Below, piece by piece: positions 48,600-61,589 of a stretch of 64,000 nucleotides of DNA (position 1 is the stretch's first letter; every line of letters begins with the position of its first letter). The stretch comes from Chara braunii (taxonomy: Eukaryota; Plantae; Charophyceae), in NCBI GenBank assembly GCA_003427395.1, contig BFEA01000005.1, positions 7,182,825 through 7,246,824 of the forward strand. Reading direction: 5' to 3'. A model generated the notes under the pieces. The model saw only the letters and a list, made by a program, of their open reading frames with translations, did no database searches and was not told the DNA's origin. A program made the position numbers and the translations under genes.

Positions 48600-50557
48600 T
48601 GGGGACTCTGTTCAAGTGGAGGAGGGACCGGCAGTGGTGGATGTGGAAGAGGCGTTTCGGGGGGCCGCGGACCTAGGTGTCTGATGAGTGAACTGTCTGG
48701 CATGTGGACAGTTTGTTTGTTGATGTCCTAGTTGTCGGCACCGGAAACAACCACCCTTTGCTTGGAGGTAGGTTCGCTCCTCCGACGTGAGTTTCGTGAG
48801 ACGGATTGGGTGGGTGTTTATGGGAGGACGGCTGGTGCGTTCTCTCTTTTCCATCTGCATAAGGTGGATGGCAGAGAGTTCGTCAGAGGAGAGCGAAGTG
48901 GTGTCGAGTGGGTCGCAGAGGGTGTCAGGGTCGGGGGTGGAGAACTCGTTCGAGGAGGCAGAGAGAGAGGTTTCGTCGGTGATGTTATGAAGAATCGTGG
49001 GCGGGGTGGGGCGGATGTGAGTCCGTCCTTGTACGGGGTGAGGAATTTGTCTCGGTGGATGGCGCGGTTGAAGAGGTTAAAGAGGGACATTGGGGGGTCG
49101 TGGATAAGGGAGGCGGCGAGGTCCTTGCGGCGTCCCCGTTTGAGGTGGGAGATGAATGCGGCATCGCTGACGTAGTCAAGGGGGATATGTTGCCACAACG
49201 CACGGACGTATTGGACAAAACGGTCGGTTGGGCCGTTCTGTCGAAGGCGTCAGAGTTTCTCAAAGTAGTCACCGACCGTCTTATGTGGTCAGAATGTGCA
49301 AGTGATGAGTTTGGCCCACTGAAGGAAGGAATGGGGTTGATTGGCTCCATGGTGTTCTCCGGGACATGCACGGAACTGTCTCTTATACACATCTCCGGGA
49401 CATGCACGGAATGCTTATGGCCGTCGGGTTTTCGGCCTCGCTTCTTCTGCTGGATGCAGTTTTTTTCGGGGCCGACACAAATTGAAATGACGATTTGGTC
49501 AAGTCATCCTTGACTTTTCTTTCCCCCCTTCTCTTTCTGGAGTGCGTGTCCGGTCATGTTCGCCAACACATAACCCCACAACGGATGCACGATTCTGCCA
49601 GACGTCCCGTAAACTTTTCACTCCCACACCGCGGCGTGATCTGAGTCGCTAGGCACAGAAGCTGCTTGGCCTTTTCTCTGTTTGTTTTGCCCCTTTTTGT
49701 TTTCTTTCTTTTTTTTTTTTACGGTTAGCTCGTTCGGTGTACCACCAACGAGCAGCGCCTTCCTGTAGCCTTGTGCTGGCAATAGGGAGCCAGTGTGTGA
49801 CAGGGACGTTGTGGAGGGAGAAGGCATCGTATAGATTGCTGAGAAAGACCAAGACGTCCTTGTGGGGAAGGCCGGTGAAGGGGGGGATATCTGTTGACCG
49901 GAAGGATGGGGGAATGTTACCTGTTAAGGGTGTTGTGGTGGTGAGGGTGTTGAAATCAAGTTTGGGTGAGGAGGACGGTACCCGGGTGAAGTCGGTAGTG
50001 GGACTGGTTGGGAGGAGTGTGGACGGAGGAGGTATTGGGATAACGGGGAGCAAGGCGTGGGGGTGATCTGGGTATGGGTAGAAGTGATAGTGGATGAAGT
50101 CATGAGGGGTTTTGATTGGGAATGGTTGATGACTGTGTGACGGCAGGGGTTGTCGTCTTGGTGACAAAGGTGGAGGTAGTGGTGGATGAAGGCGGAGGTG
50201 TTGATGACGTGCTAGCGGAGAGGGGGGTGAATGTGGCGACGGGGTGATTGGTGTCGATGTGGAGGCGGAGGATGGGGAAATGGTGGTGGCACCTAAGGTG
50301 GGGGCGGGGGATGTGGTGGTGACGACTTGGATGGCGGGGGTGTGACTTTCAATGGTGGTCATGCGAGCAGAGATGGTGGAGACGGATGTTTTGATGTCGT
50401 TCATGGATGACTGGAGAGATGTCATCATGCGGCAAAGAGCCGCGAGGTCGATGGCGACATTGGGTGCTGGTGTTTGCTCGCCTGCGAGGTTGCGGGCGAT
50501 GCTGTCGACGGAGTCGGAGCGGATGTCAGACATATCAATGCTGGATGATTGGGCCAT
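48600..50557 (-). pseudogene. Element D gag (fragmented)
   Basis: IPPFTG..LQEGAARWW, zinc knuckle. Confidence 0.8.
49376..49394 (+). other. Tn5 mosaic end / Nextera adapter (assembly artefact)
   Basis: Exact CTGTCTCTTATACACATCT between two copies of CCGGGACATGCACGGAA. Confidence 0.95.
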
Positions 50558-50582
50558 GGTGGGCCAGTGCGTACAACAATAG

Positions 50583-52241
50583 CGTGCACTTAGCCACCTG
50601 TCGTACTCCCAATGAGTTGCACAAGTCCTTTAGACCATGCAGACCATTTGAGGGACTTAACCGGGATCAGATTCATAGGCTACCGCTCGATATTAGGAGT
50701 TTGCGATACAGCACGAAAAGGAGTTAGCTACCGTCGTTGAGAACCTCACGAAGGCCCAGCACCGAATGATAGAGCAAGCTAACAAGCACCGCCGACCGTC
50801 GTAGTTTCAAGTAGGCGACCTAGTCTGGGTCAAGTCCAAAGAGTTTGCTCCTGAGGAAAACATTTCCCAGAAGTTACTGCCAGCATACAGGGGACCGTGG
50901 CCAGTTTTAGAAGTTTAGGGCGGAGAGGATGGTCCGTCCTACACAATAGAGATCCCAGCACACCTCCACACCTACCCCGTGTTCCATGCATCAAAGTTGT
51001 TGCCGTGTGTCACAAGCCAACAGTTTCCATCAAGATATGACATTGAGTGCATTGTAGGTGAAGACGTATTCAGAACAAGAGGTAGAGGTCGTCCCCAGAA
51101 ACAGTACAAGGGTTTGATTTGTTTATCAGGAACCCGAGAACGATCGCTGGTTTACTAGGACAGAACTTCTAGAAACTGCTCCCGACGTAGTTAGGGCCTA
51201 CGAGAGGGAAAAGAAAGGTAAAAATCCGATCTTGGACTGAAGTATTTTCGGAGGACCTCAAATTTAGGCCGGAGGGAGTGAAATGGTATCCACCTGTTAG
51301 CAGTAGTGAACGCAGATCCCAGGGCTCGATCCCTAGTTCTCACCTTACCTGTGTACAGTACCTGTGTCGACCCCGAGAGTTGAACCCGTGACCTGTGTGT
51401 TCGCAGCAGTTGGTAGGCTGTTGTAGGTCCGTAGGTCGTAGGGGTTCGATCTGTAGACCTGTCAAGTAGGAGTCTTAGTGAGTTCTAGAAGTCGTAGCTG
51501 TAGGAGTTCTGAAGGGTCAAGGTCGTAGCTGCGACAGTCCTGAAAGGTCAAGGTCGTAGCTGCTACAGTGTCGAAGGGCCAAGTCCACAAACTTCCGGAA
51601 GGTCCGGAAGTGGCCCTTCAAACGTTGCTCACAGCAGTCCAGAGGCAAGTGGGCAAGTGGTGGAGTCCACCTGTGCTGAGTCGGCGGTACCCAGTCCCAG
51701 TCTCACTAAGTCCAGTCTGCAAGTACCATGTGGGAATGTGTGCACTCAGGGCCTGGTGGACAGAGGCAGACCAACAAGTCACAGAAATATAAATCAAGAG
51801 GCAGCGCCCAGCCATTCATTCATTGCTGCGTAAGCCATGCGGAAACGCTGCTTGAGTGACTTGTGCGAGGTGGTCTGCAGAGCGCCCGAAGACAAAGTGG
51901 GCAGAGTAGAGGTTGAGTAGCCATAGCCAGCAGGGTTGAGCGGCCATAGACACCGTATGTGGTAGGCGAGTGTAGTCTGTGCGTGTGTGTGATACAGTGT
52001 GTCGCGTGTGGGATATCCAGGGTGATCCTATGTCGAGTGTGCGTGAACAGGGGAGTTGAGCACAGTGCCGAACAGAGAGTTGCACAGACACTGATGGGCC
52101 ATAGCCTATTGAAGCGAGCATGTATCTGGACTGTGTTTCCGGTTTCCATCTCTCTGAGCTTTGAGTGGGCGCTGAGCGCCAGTGTGACTTGTTATCTGTT
52201 TGCATGAGTACGAAGTGGAAAAGAAAGCGAGTCTGATTGCA
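50583..52241 (+). mobile_element. Gypsy chromovirus 3' fragment (element E): integrase end, chromodomain, PPT, LTR 51279-52241
   Basis: ANKHRR..GDLVWV, YRGPW, YPVFHASKL homologous to element A; PPT AGGCCGGAGGGAG then TGAAATGG. Confidence 0.85.
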
Positions 52242-52896
52242 ATTTTAAGAAAAAATGCAAAAATGAATGTGAAAATAGTGAAATATACAAGAAAAAGAAT
52301 TACTTAAAATTATTTTTGAATTTCGAAAAAGAAATATAAAACAGGGATTTGATTAATTTGAACGTATTTTCAAAATTGTCGAAAAAGAATGAAGCAAAAG
52401 CAGTTGCGAATTTTGAAAAAGAAACGTTGAGAAAGAATTAATTAATCCGAACGAAAAGAATTTAGTTAATTCTAAAATATTTTCGAATTACAAAAATTTT
52501 GAAAAACAACTAATTAAAATTATTTTTGTAATTTTCCAAAAACAAATCGAAAAAGAATTAATTAGAAATATTTTCGAAAAAGAAATGTCAAAAAAAAAGA
52601 ATTTAAATATTTTTCAATTACAAAATTTTCAAAAAGGAATTAATTAAAATCATTTTTGGAATTTAAAAGAAGAAATGCCGAGAAGGAATGATTAATCCTA
52701 CGTATTTTCGGAAAAGAAAATATTTTTGAAAATGAAATATCGAGAAAGATAGTTAATTCAGTATTTTCGAATTTACAAGAAGTTCAAATGGATTAAAAAA
52801 AAAAAAAAAAAGATAAAGGAATAAATGAGTTTTGATGTAAATCGAGGGCGGAATGATCTTATCTACTATTTGATTGGGTGGTAGGGTAGTAGGTAG

Positions 52897-53320
52897 TGAA
52901 ACGGTTTTCACCTTTTTGCAATCAGAGATGCGGGTCCTAGAGTTCGATCCCCAGACCTCACCTTACCCATGTACAATATCGAGTTGACCCCGAGTGTTTG
53001 AACCCGTGACCTGTGTTTCGGTAGTTGGTTGTTGTCTGTCGTAGGTCTGTGTAGATGTAGGGGTTCGATCTGTAGGTCTGTCAAGCAGGGGTCACAACTC
53101 TGTAGAGGTCGTAGCTGTAGGTGTTCTGAGAGATCAAGGTCGTAGCTGCTGCAGTCCTGAAAGGTCAAGGTCGTAGCTGCTACAGTACTCGAAAGGCCAA
53201 GTCCACAGGCTTCCGGAAGGTCCGGAAGTGGCCTTTCGAAAGTGTCTCACGTTTAGGCAAAGGCAAGTGGGCAAGTGGTGGAGTCCAACTTCGATGAGTC
53301 AGCGGTTCGGTCCAGAGTAG
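52897..53320 (+). mobile_element. Truncated LTR of the element E family
   Basis: Starts TGAAACGGTTTTCACC and matches 51279-51690. Confidence 0.8.
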
Positions 53321-56300
53321 CAGTATTTCCTGCCCTGCCGCCTGACCGTCCAGATTTAAACCCAACATTTTGAGTTTTCCTTCACTGCCCTGGTCCCCCC
53401 GTCTCGCCTTTCCCCTTTAGGAGTCTACTCCTCCGTTCCTCGTCATCACTATCACTCGCCCGTCCTACCGTTTCACTCCCCAGGACCGGGGGTGTCGGCT
53501 AAGCCCAGAATTTCACCTTTCCTCTCGTTGCCATCCTCCCAAACCACACCCCGGGGTCAATTCCACTCTAGAAGTCACTGCTCCTGTCTACTTGCCAGCT
53601 GCTCCGTCTCGCCCACTGTGTCTCCTACCACACCTGTCTTTACTCTCTCAATCACTGAATTAAATTTGTCAACTTCCGCCTCGACTTCAAGTTAGTTCGC
53701 TCCACTCCATTATTACCTCTCACCCTGATACATCTCTCTACGGCCCTCTCCAGAATAAAGGTAAAGACTGAGACTCCACTTTTACCATTTCTGCCCTCCC
53801 TACAACGCCATAATTTTGTAAGTAGTAAAGCACAAGTTTCCCTCTTCCCCGAAAAAGGAGAGCAATACAAAGGCGGGTTCATTCTAAATACAGAAAACAT
53901 AATTACTACCTACGGACAGTTAGAGACTCAAGGCGATGCCCACCCTGGAAGGCATGCGAGAACACTGTAGCTAGGTTGGTAGAGCGACGGAGCAACAAAC
54001 TTCAAACGAATGTAGTCCTGGGGGGTGGGGAGAGGGGCGTGATTCGATACCTGACTTGGGAAAACGTAGGCCATGTAGAGGACAAGGCACTGTCGCCCTT
54101 ATTCTCTGAAGCCGGTGGGTGGTGGAACTTCTCGCGGCTGTGTAATGCTGTAGGGGAAAGCCTTGCTCAGGCGCTACACTGTTACCACTGGGCGAAACTT
54201 GGCAAAGCTCATTGTACGGAGATTGTCGGTGTGGCCCGCGAGCTGTTTGGGAACCGGCCTCCACACATGGTGTCCGCCCGGCGGTAGAGTTCACACCAGG
54301 TAAACGATGGATATCCACGTTTCCCCTTCCGTCGTCCGTGATGGATGGGGAGGATGTCTATGGCGCTAGGGTTAGCGTGGTAATTCCGAAGCCGCACGAC
54401 GGCACAGGCCAGAGCGCAGCAGCGCTTGGAGGCAGGAGCGCACACCGGCTCCTTGGGACCATTTTGGGAAAAGGACAGGAATTAGCCCAGTTTTATAGTG
54501 TTTTCAAACAAAATGCATCTGGACAATCTGGTGGTCAGATGCATGACCTGTGTATGAACGTTGTCTCGTGGAGGTGCATTTCGGCAGGGTCAAGTTTCCG
54601 GATTCAGAAACACTACGTAGCTGCCGGTCACGTGGAACCGAGTTCATCCCCCCCCTCCCCCTCCCCACCCCTAACCCCCTTTTCAAAGAGGGAAAGAGCA
54701 AGTCCTGTGGTGTGACTCTGGTTTCCCTCTGTGAGCGTGCACTTATGCCCTTCCCAGCCCCGTCAGAAAGCATGAATGTGGCCGTAATAGTGGTCGAGCT
54801 CCTACTTTCCTAGCTTCAGCCTTCGATCTGCCATAGGCAACCAGGGCAGTCCAACAAACTAGTGAGGTCAGAGCCTGTACAGAAAAGAAGGATCCTATGC
54901 AAAGCAGACCACGGAGCCAGGGCCAAAGTTCTACTAGCTAAGAGGATTGGCTTTGATGCCTGAATCGTGACGAATTTGTGGATATGTACAGAAAAGAGCA
55001 TCAATCCTAGTTTACAGTAAAGCAGATCAATCGTGGTTTTCTGTACCTTTCCACAAACATGTCCACATTCGGTCGTTGAATACATCCTCTGTGCTCGTGG
55101 GATCTCCCCCCGAGTCCTAGTTTCTGGCCACACAGAAGGGGGGGGGGGGGGGCACTAGCAACGAGGATTGGATTCCATGCCAGAATGTGGATATGTTTGT
55201 GGACAGGTGCAGGAAAGAAAATTGGGAATGATCGGCTTTTCTGCATCTCTCCATGGGAACAGATCCAGATTCAGGTCCTCAATCCAATCCTCCCCTTTGC
55301 TACGTCGTCCCCCGAATAAAACGTACTCGTTATGCCTGTATTAGGCGCAACTTTCAGTCCAGATGCAGCGAGAATGACAGTATGTTCTATTTGGGTGAAG
55401 TTGGCAGTGGGACCTCGCCGTGGGTGACAGCAGGTGCTGATGGAACCCCTGCCGCTGATTTTGGGCCTCCACTCACCACATGCACAAATGACAAGAATAA
55501 GAATTATCGCCGTGTATCTTTCCTTGCTCTAGTGGAAGATTCGTTCTCGTTTTTCACATCTGGTGAGTGGTGGAGAGAGGCCTTGAGATAGTGGCGCAGG
55601 GTTGATGGGTATAGTTGAAGAGCAAAACATAAGGATAATAGGTCCAAAAAAATCGGAAAAAAGTTGAGAAACAGATTTGAGGCCTTTGATTGACCACTGA
55701 GGATGCGGTCCCCACATAGGATAGTAGTTTGTTTTTCCTTTGTTCTTTTTCTCAACTTGGACCATTTCTCGATATGTGCATGTCATCCTTAGAAACGCAG
55801 TGGCCGTGCTTCTTCTTTTTTTTTCCGTCTGCTGGCTTTATTATGGGGGGTGATCTGAGTATCCCCCTGTGGTAGCTGCCTGCAGAAGGGTCCAGTCTGT
55901 TGGTGGGGAGCTGCACCTGCTGGAAACCAGGTCCAGCATCCCATCCTATACAAGATAAAGCATGTACCCTTGGAAGCCTGCAGATGGGTCCAGTCTAGAT
56001 ACAGCAATAGTGACCATGCGTTCTATTCAGGTGAAGACAGCAGTCCTGGACCGTGAGGGTGGTACACTCGGCCTAGCGACTCCTTCCTCCTCTACGCAGG
56101 AACATCACCCATACCTGGTCCTAATCCTGACTGCATACATACCAGCATGGCAGTACCACCATCACTGCACCTGCTAGCCTACCAGCCCTCCAGGCCTACC
56201 TGTGTCACTGGAACGTTCCTACCACGGGGCCCTAACGAATTCTACTTTTGTCCCTGGCCGTTCTACAATTTTCCCAAGTCTGGCTTTTGTCCAATCTCAG

Positions 56301-56855
56301 TCCTACCCCTGTAGCTACACCAATGTCTGTTCTCCCCGCGCTCGCGACACAGAAACACAGCCTGGGAACAGAGTTAGCACTCAGATACAGACTCAGGCTC
56401 AGCAAGGATAAATCTTCCCAAGCCCGTCCTTCGTCCAAATTGCATTCCTGCCCCTGTAGCTACGCCTATTTCTGTTCTGCACCTCCCTGGGTCAGAGAAA
56501 CACAGCCTGGGAACAGAGTTAGCACTCAGATACAGACTCCGGCTCTTCAAGCATCAGTGGACCTGCAGACAACAGGGCAAAACAGACTGAGACTCGGAAA
56601 TCGCAGCAAATCAGACCGATTTCTCAGAAATTCGAATAGAGAGAACAGAGACCATTTTCTCAGAAAGATGCAGAAATGTCAGACTGCAAACTGTGTAGGT
56701 CCTTGCCACATTACTTTCACAAAAAAAAAATTTAACTCAGGGCACATAACACAGCTGCAGATACGTTACGTTTGAACTTTCAAATGTTTCGGCAGTCGAG
56801 TGTGGGGAACTATTTACTTCGTCTGTCGGCGGAAGTCAACTGGCAGGTAGGTATG

Positions 56856-56979
56856 GGGCCTCGCTCCGCTACTCACCAAATGTGCAAAATGAGAATGAAT
56901 CTTCCACTAGAACATGGAAAAATACACCGCCATACTTTTTTTGTCCTTTGTGCATGTGGTGAGTACTGGAGCGAGGCCC
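56856..56979. mobile_element. Tourist-like MITE, copy 2
   Basis: TIR GGGCCTCGCTCC...GGAGCGAGGCCC, TSD ATG/ATG, reverse-complement similarity to 210-331. Confidence 0.78.
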
Positions 56980-57283
56980 ATGGTCTGAAAGAGCGTGTGG
57001 GGACGTTCTGACGCACCCATTCTGTCAAGATTACCTGTCGCAAAGATCTGACAATGCATAAGAAACACCCAAAGTCTGTGTTGAAGGCGTTGGTTCTGTT
57101 CAGAAAAGGAAAAAGAAGAGGGAATCTTCGCCTAGGTACAGTCTGGCATAGAGAATGCGGGTACTTTCTGACGCATACCTCCTGTCCAGTTACATATCAC
57201 AAGATTGTGAAAAAAAAAAAAAAGGTTGGCAATCAATTAGAAAGTAATATAATAGAAAGTTAGAAGCCCACAAACTACCAACT

Positions 57284-57358
57284 GGCCTAGCTCAGTTGGT
57301 AGTACACCCCTGAACTGTTGAAATACAGACCTCCTGAGTTTGAACTCCACTGGACGCA
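57284..57358 (+). pseudogene. tRNA-derived sequence (SINE head or tRNA pseudogene)
   Basis: A box TAGCTCAGTTGGTAG and B-box-like GAGTTTGAACTCC at tRNA-like spacing; no clean cloverleaf. Confidence 0.5.
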
Positions 57359-57758
57359 GATGCGTAAAAATTATAAAATACTGCAATTCTGTACTGCAAT
57401 TCTGAATTACCTACCTAGGGCTGGTCAGTTCAAATGATCAAATCTCAAGATTGTCGCACTTTCTTTTTCTTAAAAAAAAAAAAAAGAAGAAACCCACAAA
57501 GTATGTGCTGAAGGTTTGGGGTTCTGCTCAAAAAGAGGAAAACCAAAAGGCAATCCTCTCTGTTGTTCGATGTTTGGTGGATGAATGGAGTTGTATGCAC
57601 AGATGTCCACATAGTTTCAAGTTCCTACTCACTCAAACCAAAGATTGGAAGATTAAGGAGGACCATATGAGTTATACTTCATCACAGATGTCCATATGAG
57701 TGTACCACATATGTTTGGTGAGTTATACTTCATCTCAGAGTCCGGGCCACTCAGGTAA

Positions 57759-60700
57759 GGGGCTCGTTCGACACTCCTCGGGCGCGTAAATCCCCCGAGG
57801 AAATCATCGTTCCACTTATCCTCGGGGAAGAAATTGAAGAAAAAAAAGCGAAAACATTTCCTCGGGGATTCATCGGGGATTCCTTGGGCTACAGCCATTT
57901 CAACGCGTTCCCCAAGGGACCTCCCGAGGTCCCTTGGAGGTCGAGCATCCGGAAGAATCGGGGCGTCAACGGAAGCTCTCTCGACGACAATTTTTGACGC
58001 GGCTGGTCCATTGCTGTTCCTGGCGGCCTGTGGACGGACATCTTCGGTCGGCAACGGTCGACGTCATGGAATTGTCCGCCAACGGTCCCCTTTGGCAGTC
58101 TGCCGGCCTCCGTGACGTCGAAAATGGGCTGCCTTGCGTCGCTGCCCTTGGCCCCGAATGGGAAGGCGCCCAACGGTCGGCAGATTCGAATACTTCAGCC
58201 GGTCCCCACTCTCCCGATTGCGTAGTGTCTTCCGCGATGGAATACGTTACCCTGCTTTTGTCGATAACGGTCGTTTGCACCACTGTTCCTCGCCGTTTCC
58301 TAGACGTCCACTGTTGTCTTCTAGCTGCTGCCGTTGTCCACGTGCCTTTCATGGCCGACGTCTTTCGGAGGCTGCCGCTGCTGGTGCTGGTCGTCCTCTT
58401 GCTCCTCCTCTTAGTTGTCTTCCACGTGTGCATCCTTGGCAACGTTCCGCGATGTGCCCGCAAAAGACAGTCTTTGAAGAAGGACGTCAGGATGGAGGGG
58501 CGCCAAGCGATCTGCAGTTCTGCAGGGGAGCAGGGTGGTGGCCAGCGGGCTGGGCAGAGCCCGTCGAGGAGTTCAAGGTCGTCGGAGCGGTTTGGGTACG
58601 CGCACCTGCCACCACACTTGCAACCTCTGCCGGACATGTCCACGAGGAGGCGGATGACAGACGGTCACGGACCGTGCCGCTGGGAAGCGGGTCCACCCAG
58701 GAGTGGGAGGCTACAGAGCTGTGTGGAAGCCGAGACGACGGTTATGGCCAGTCCTACACCGAACTCCTCCAGCAGGGGCTCAGCGGCGACGAAGGTGATG
58801 GCGGCGTGAATTTGCCGTTCGGGCTGTGTAGCGGGAGGTCGTTGGCCGCCTCGCGAACGATCATCGTTACCCTCCATCCCGACGACGACGGCGGGCGAGT
58901 GACGACTGTTGCACGATCATCGAAGTCTCCAACGTTGGGCTTGGAGGCGTCGGGGAACAACAGGGATCCTCCAAGGCAGCAATTTTGATCGCCGTTTGTG
59001 TTGAGGGGTGCCTCCGCTCGGCCCTAGTGGATGCAGTCTTCGTCTCCCCTGTCTGCCGGTTCAAGTGCAGCCCGCCGCCGTGGCGAATGCGGAGAGACGG
59101 GAGGGAGGTGTGGGCAGAACATCGACGGGGGGGAGGTGTGGGCAGAACACCGACGGGGGGCTGCGGTCGGGGAGGGAGGAATCCATAACTCGGGGGGTGC
59201 AGCGACTGCGTGTGGGGGAGCAGGAAAAGGACAACGACGCACACCGTCCGGCCCGGCCTCCCACAATAGATCGTCGTCGAAGGGGATCCCCGCGTCGACG
59301 AGTATGTTGTGCAGAATGGAGATGGCGACGAACTGTTGCGGCAACGGCTCCATGTTCGTCTTGTGGGAGTGAAGGAACAACATCCACATCCCCTTCAGTC
59401 TGCCGAAATCCCTCTCAACTGCTCCCCTCGCCGTCTTCTGCTTGTTGTCGAAGCGCAACTCCGACGGGTGTTGTGAGAGACCGCTATAGGGGACAACTAC
59501 CCATTCGGAGAAGGGATAACCGTTGTCGCCCAGCAGATACCCGTTCGTCTGCACACCGAAAGGCAGCATGATAGGTGGCCCAGTGAAAAACTCCCCTGCC
59601 TCCGCGCGCGCCCATAAACTCGATAGGTGGACGATCCTCACGTCATGCCAACTTCCCGGATATCCGACGGACACATCCAGCACGCGCAAGTTCAGATCGA
59701 CGACGACCTGCGCTTGGACGGAGAAACGGCGTTTTCTATCGTAGTAGTTCTCCCCGGGGCAATTCACTGGCTTGTCGATGAAGATGTGCGTGCAGTCGAT
59801 GCACCCATGGCAGTTAGGGAAACCCTTGTCAGCGAAAGCGTGCAAGACGACCGCCTTTTGCAGCCCCGTCGGCCACGATATCTTGTCGGGGTACGCACTC
59901 AGCAACGCTGCAGTTACATCCTGCACAGCTTGCAACCCGAAGATCTGCCAATGTCGAAGCTGCATGTCTCGCTCTCGTACGTCTCCCCCGACGCCCACCT
60001 GTACAAAGCGTACGCGACAATGTGGTCAGGCTGGAGGGGCTCCCTATAGAAAGTGGCACGCCGTTGAAGGAAGGGAGACATAGCTTTCGCGATCTCTCGG
60101 AACACACGTGGCGACATGCGCAGCTTGTCCTTGAAGTAGTCGGCCGCCACGTCGTCGCCTTGCCGCAGATCCTCCCACGTCCCCCCTCTCCGTCGCTTCA
60201 TCCACCACCTGGGCGTTGCTTTGGGAAATGGTGTGGCCTCTCCGTCGCTTCATCCACCACGTGGGCGTCGCTTTGGGAAATGCTCCACACCCCATGGCGT
60301 AGCACACCTGCAGCACGGCGTCGCAAATGGCACCAGTGTCCTCTACGTCCACATTCATGGACTTCAGCGTCCTCTTCCGCCGTGCGCGAATGGCCGTTCT
60401 CATCCTCCCCTCGCTCCTCTGCAGTTGACACTGGAAGAAGATGGCGTTCATGACCGCTGCCACCGCTGTCCTCTCCGCCTTGCTCAGTGTGTCACGGCCC
60501 GCCTCCCCGTTCGGTCCATCGCCGAAATTGGTACTGTCGACGTGGGCGTCGCCAAGTACAGAAGACTCCACGTATGCCGGGGCGCACAACAGCGATGCTG
60601 CGAGTGACGACCGGAGTGCATGGCGTACACGTCAACAACGAAGGTGCGCCTGCGAAGACGACAACGATGGCGATCGTGTGACGGCATGTCTGCTGCTTCG

Positions 60701-61127
60701 GACATGTACATGTACGTTCGGCGTGCCCGCCGACACGCAGCCGCCACCCCGTTCCCAAACGCTTCCGTCGAGGAACGTCGCTGCCGTCAGCCGCAAGGGA
60801 TGCCCACGCCGCCGTCATTCGCTTGCAGAAATTCGAATTTCGAATTTCGAATCCGGGACTGCGCGCCTTTTACGTGGCCATTTTTTTCTTTTCGCCGCCA
60901 ACTTTCGAATTCGCGACGCCCACCCGAGCTGGACCAACGACGTCGGCATGGACACTCCTTGCTGGACCAACATCGCCCCCCCCCCCGCGTCCGCTTGTCG
61001 ATATATGAAACTGGCCGCGGAAGGCCCCGAGGAATCGTCCTTGGGGAACAATTCCGAGGATGAGTGGAACGATGGCGTGAATTTCCTCGGGCCGCGAGGA
61101 CTGCCCGAGGAGTGTCGAACGAGCCCC
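57759..61127 (-). mobile_element. PIF/Harbinger DNA transposon
   Basis: 25-bp perfect TIR GGGGCTCGTTCGACACTCCTCGGGC, TAA TSD on both sides, transposase inside. Confidence 0.95.
59200..60589 (-). pseudogene. Harbinger (DDE_Tnp_4 / HARBI1-like) transposase, frameshifted
   Basis: GCIDCTHI, YPGSWHD, LLGDNGYP, AVERDFGRLKGMW, ILHN; N-terminus split over several frames. Confidence 0.9.
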
Positions 61128-61139
61128 TAAGTGCCGAAA

Positions 61140-61140
<1 letters not shown>

Positions 61141-61210
<70 letters not shown>
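61141..61210. repeat. Poly(A) run, 70 nt
   Basis: Visible homopolymer. Confidence 0.95.
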
Positions 61211-61212
<2 letters not shown>

Positions 61213-61589
61213 AATCATGACAACTCGACAACTCACAGAGAAGAGCAACCCAGCCCCTGAAAGTGAATGGAATATATACTATATAGACTTCGTTTTTTTT
61301 TGCAACCCATCAATAGAGTCGATAGACCGCCACAGTCTGTCCAGACTGTACTTTACCCAGACTTGACTGTAGCGGACTCTGTTCTTGACCCAGACTGGCA
61401 GCAGTATAGGAGCAGAAGAGCCTTAAAAAAAAGAGAAAACCAGGGTAGCCGGCGATCGGCCAGGGCCGAAGGGTCGAACACGAACGTCCGAACGTTTGCC
61501 CCCCTCCCCCACGGACGTTTTGCCGAACGCCAGTTTTTCAGGGTTTTTTTTTTCTCTTTCAGCAGATGGTTTGCGGAGGAGGCGTTCTT

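Larger units (their letters stand above)
43845..50557 (-). mobile_element. Decayed Ty3/gypsy chromovirus (element D), 5' LTR missing
   Basis: 3' LTR ~43845-44370 (TGTTATGG...GTCACA) after PPT AGAGGGAGAGGATAG; gag knuckle CFRCRQLGHQQTNC; integrase SMDFV, SDRDPRF, WLGPF; chromodomain YKVKWTGYPHEESTWEP. Confidence 0.88.

Noticed and set aside
52245-52830. AT-rich block as organellar insert
   Set aside because: Degenerate internal repeats, no gene remnants
53950-56200. Possible exons or short ORFs
   Set aside because: No identifiable motif or convincing splice pattern
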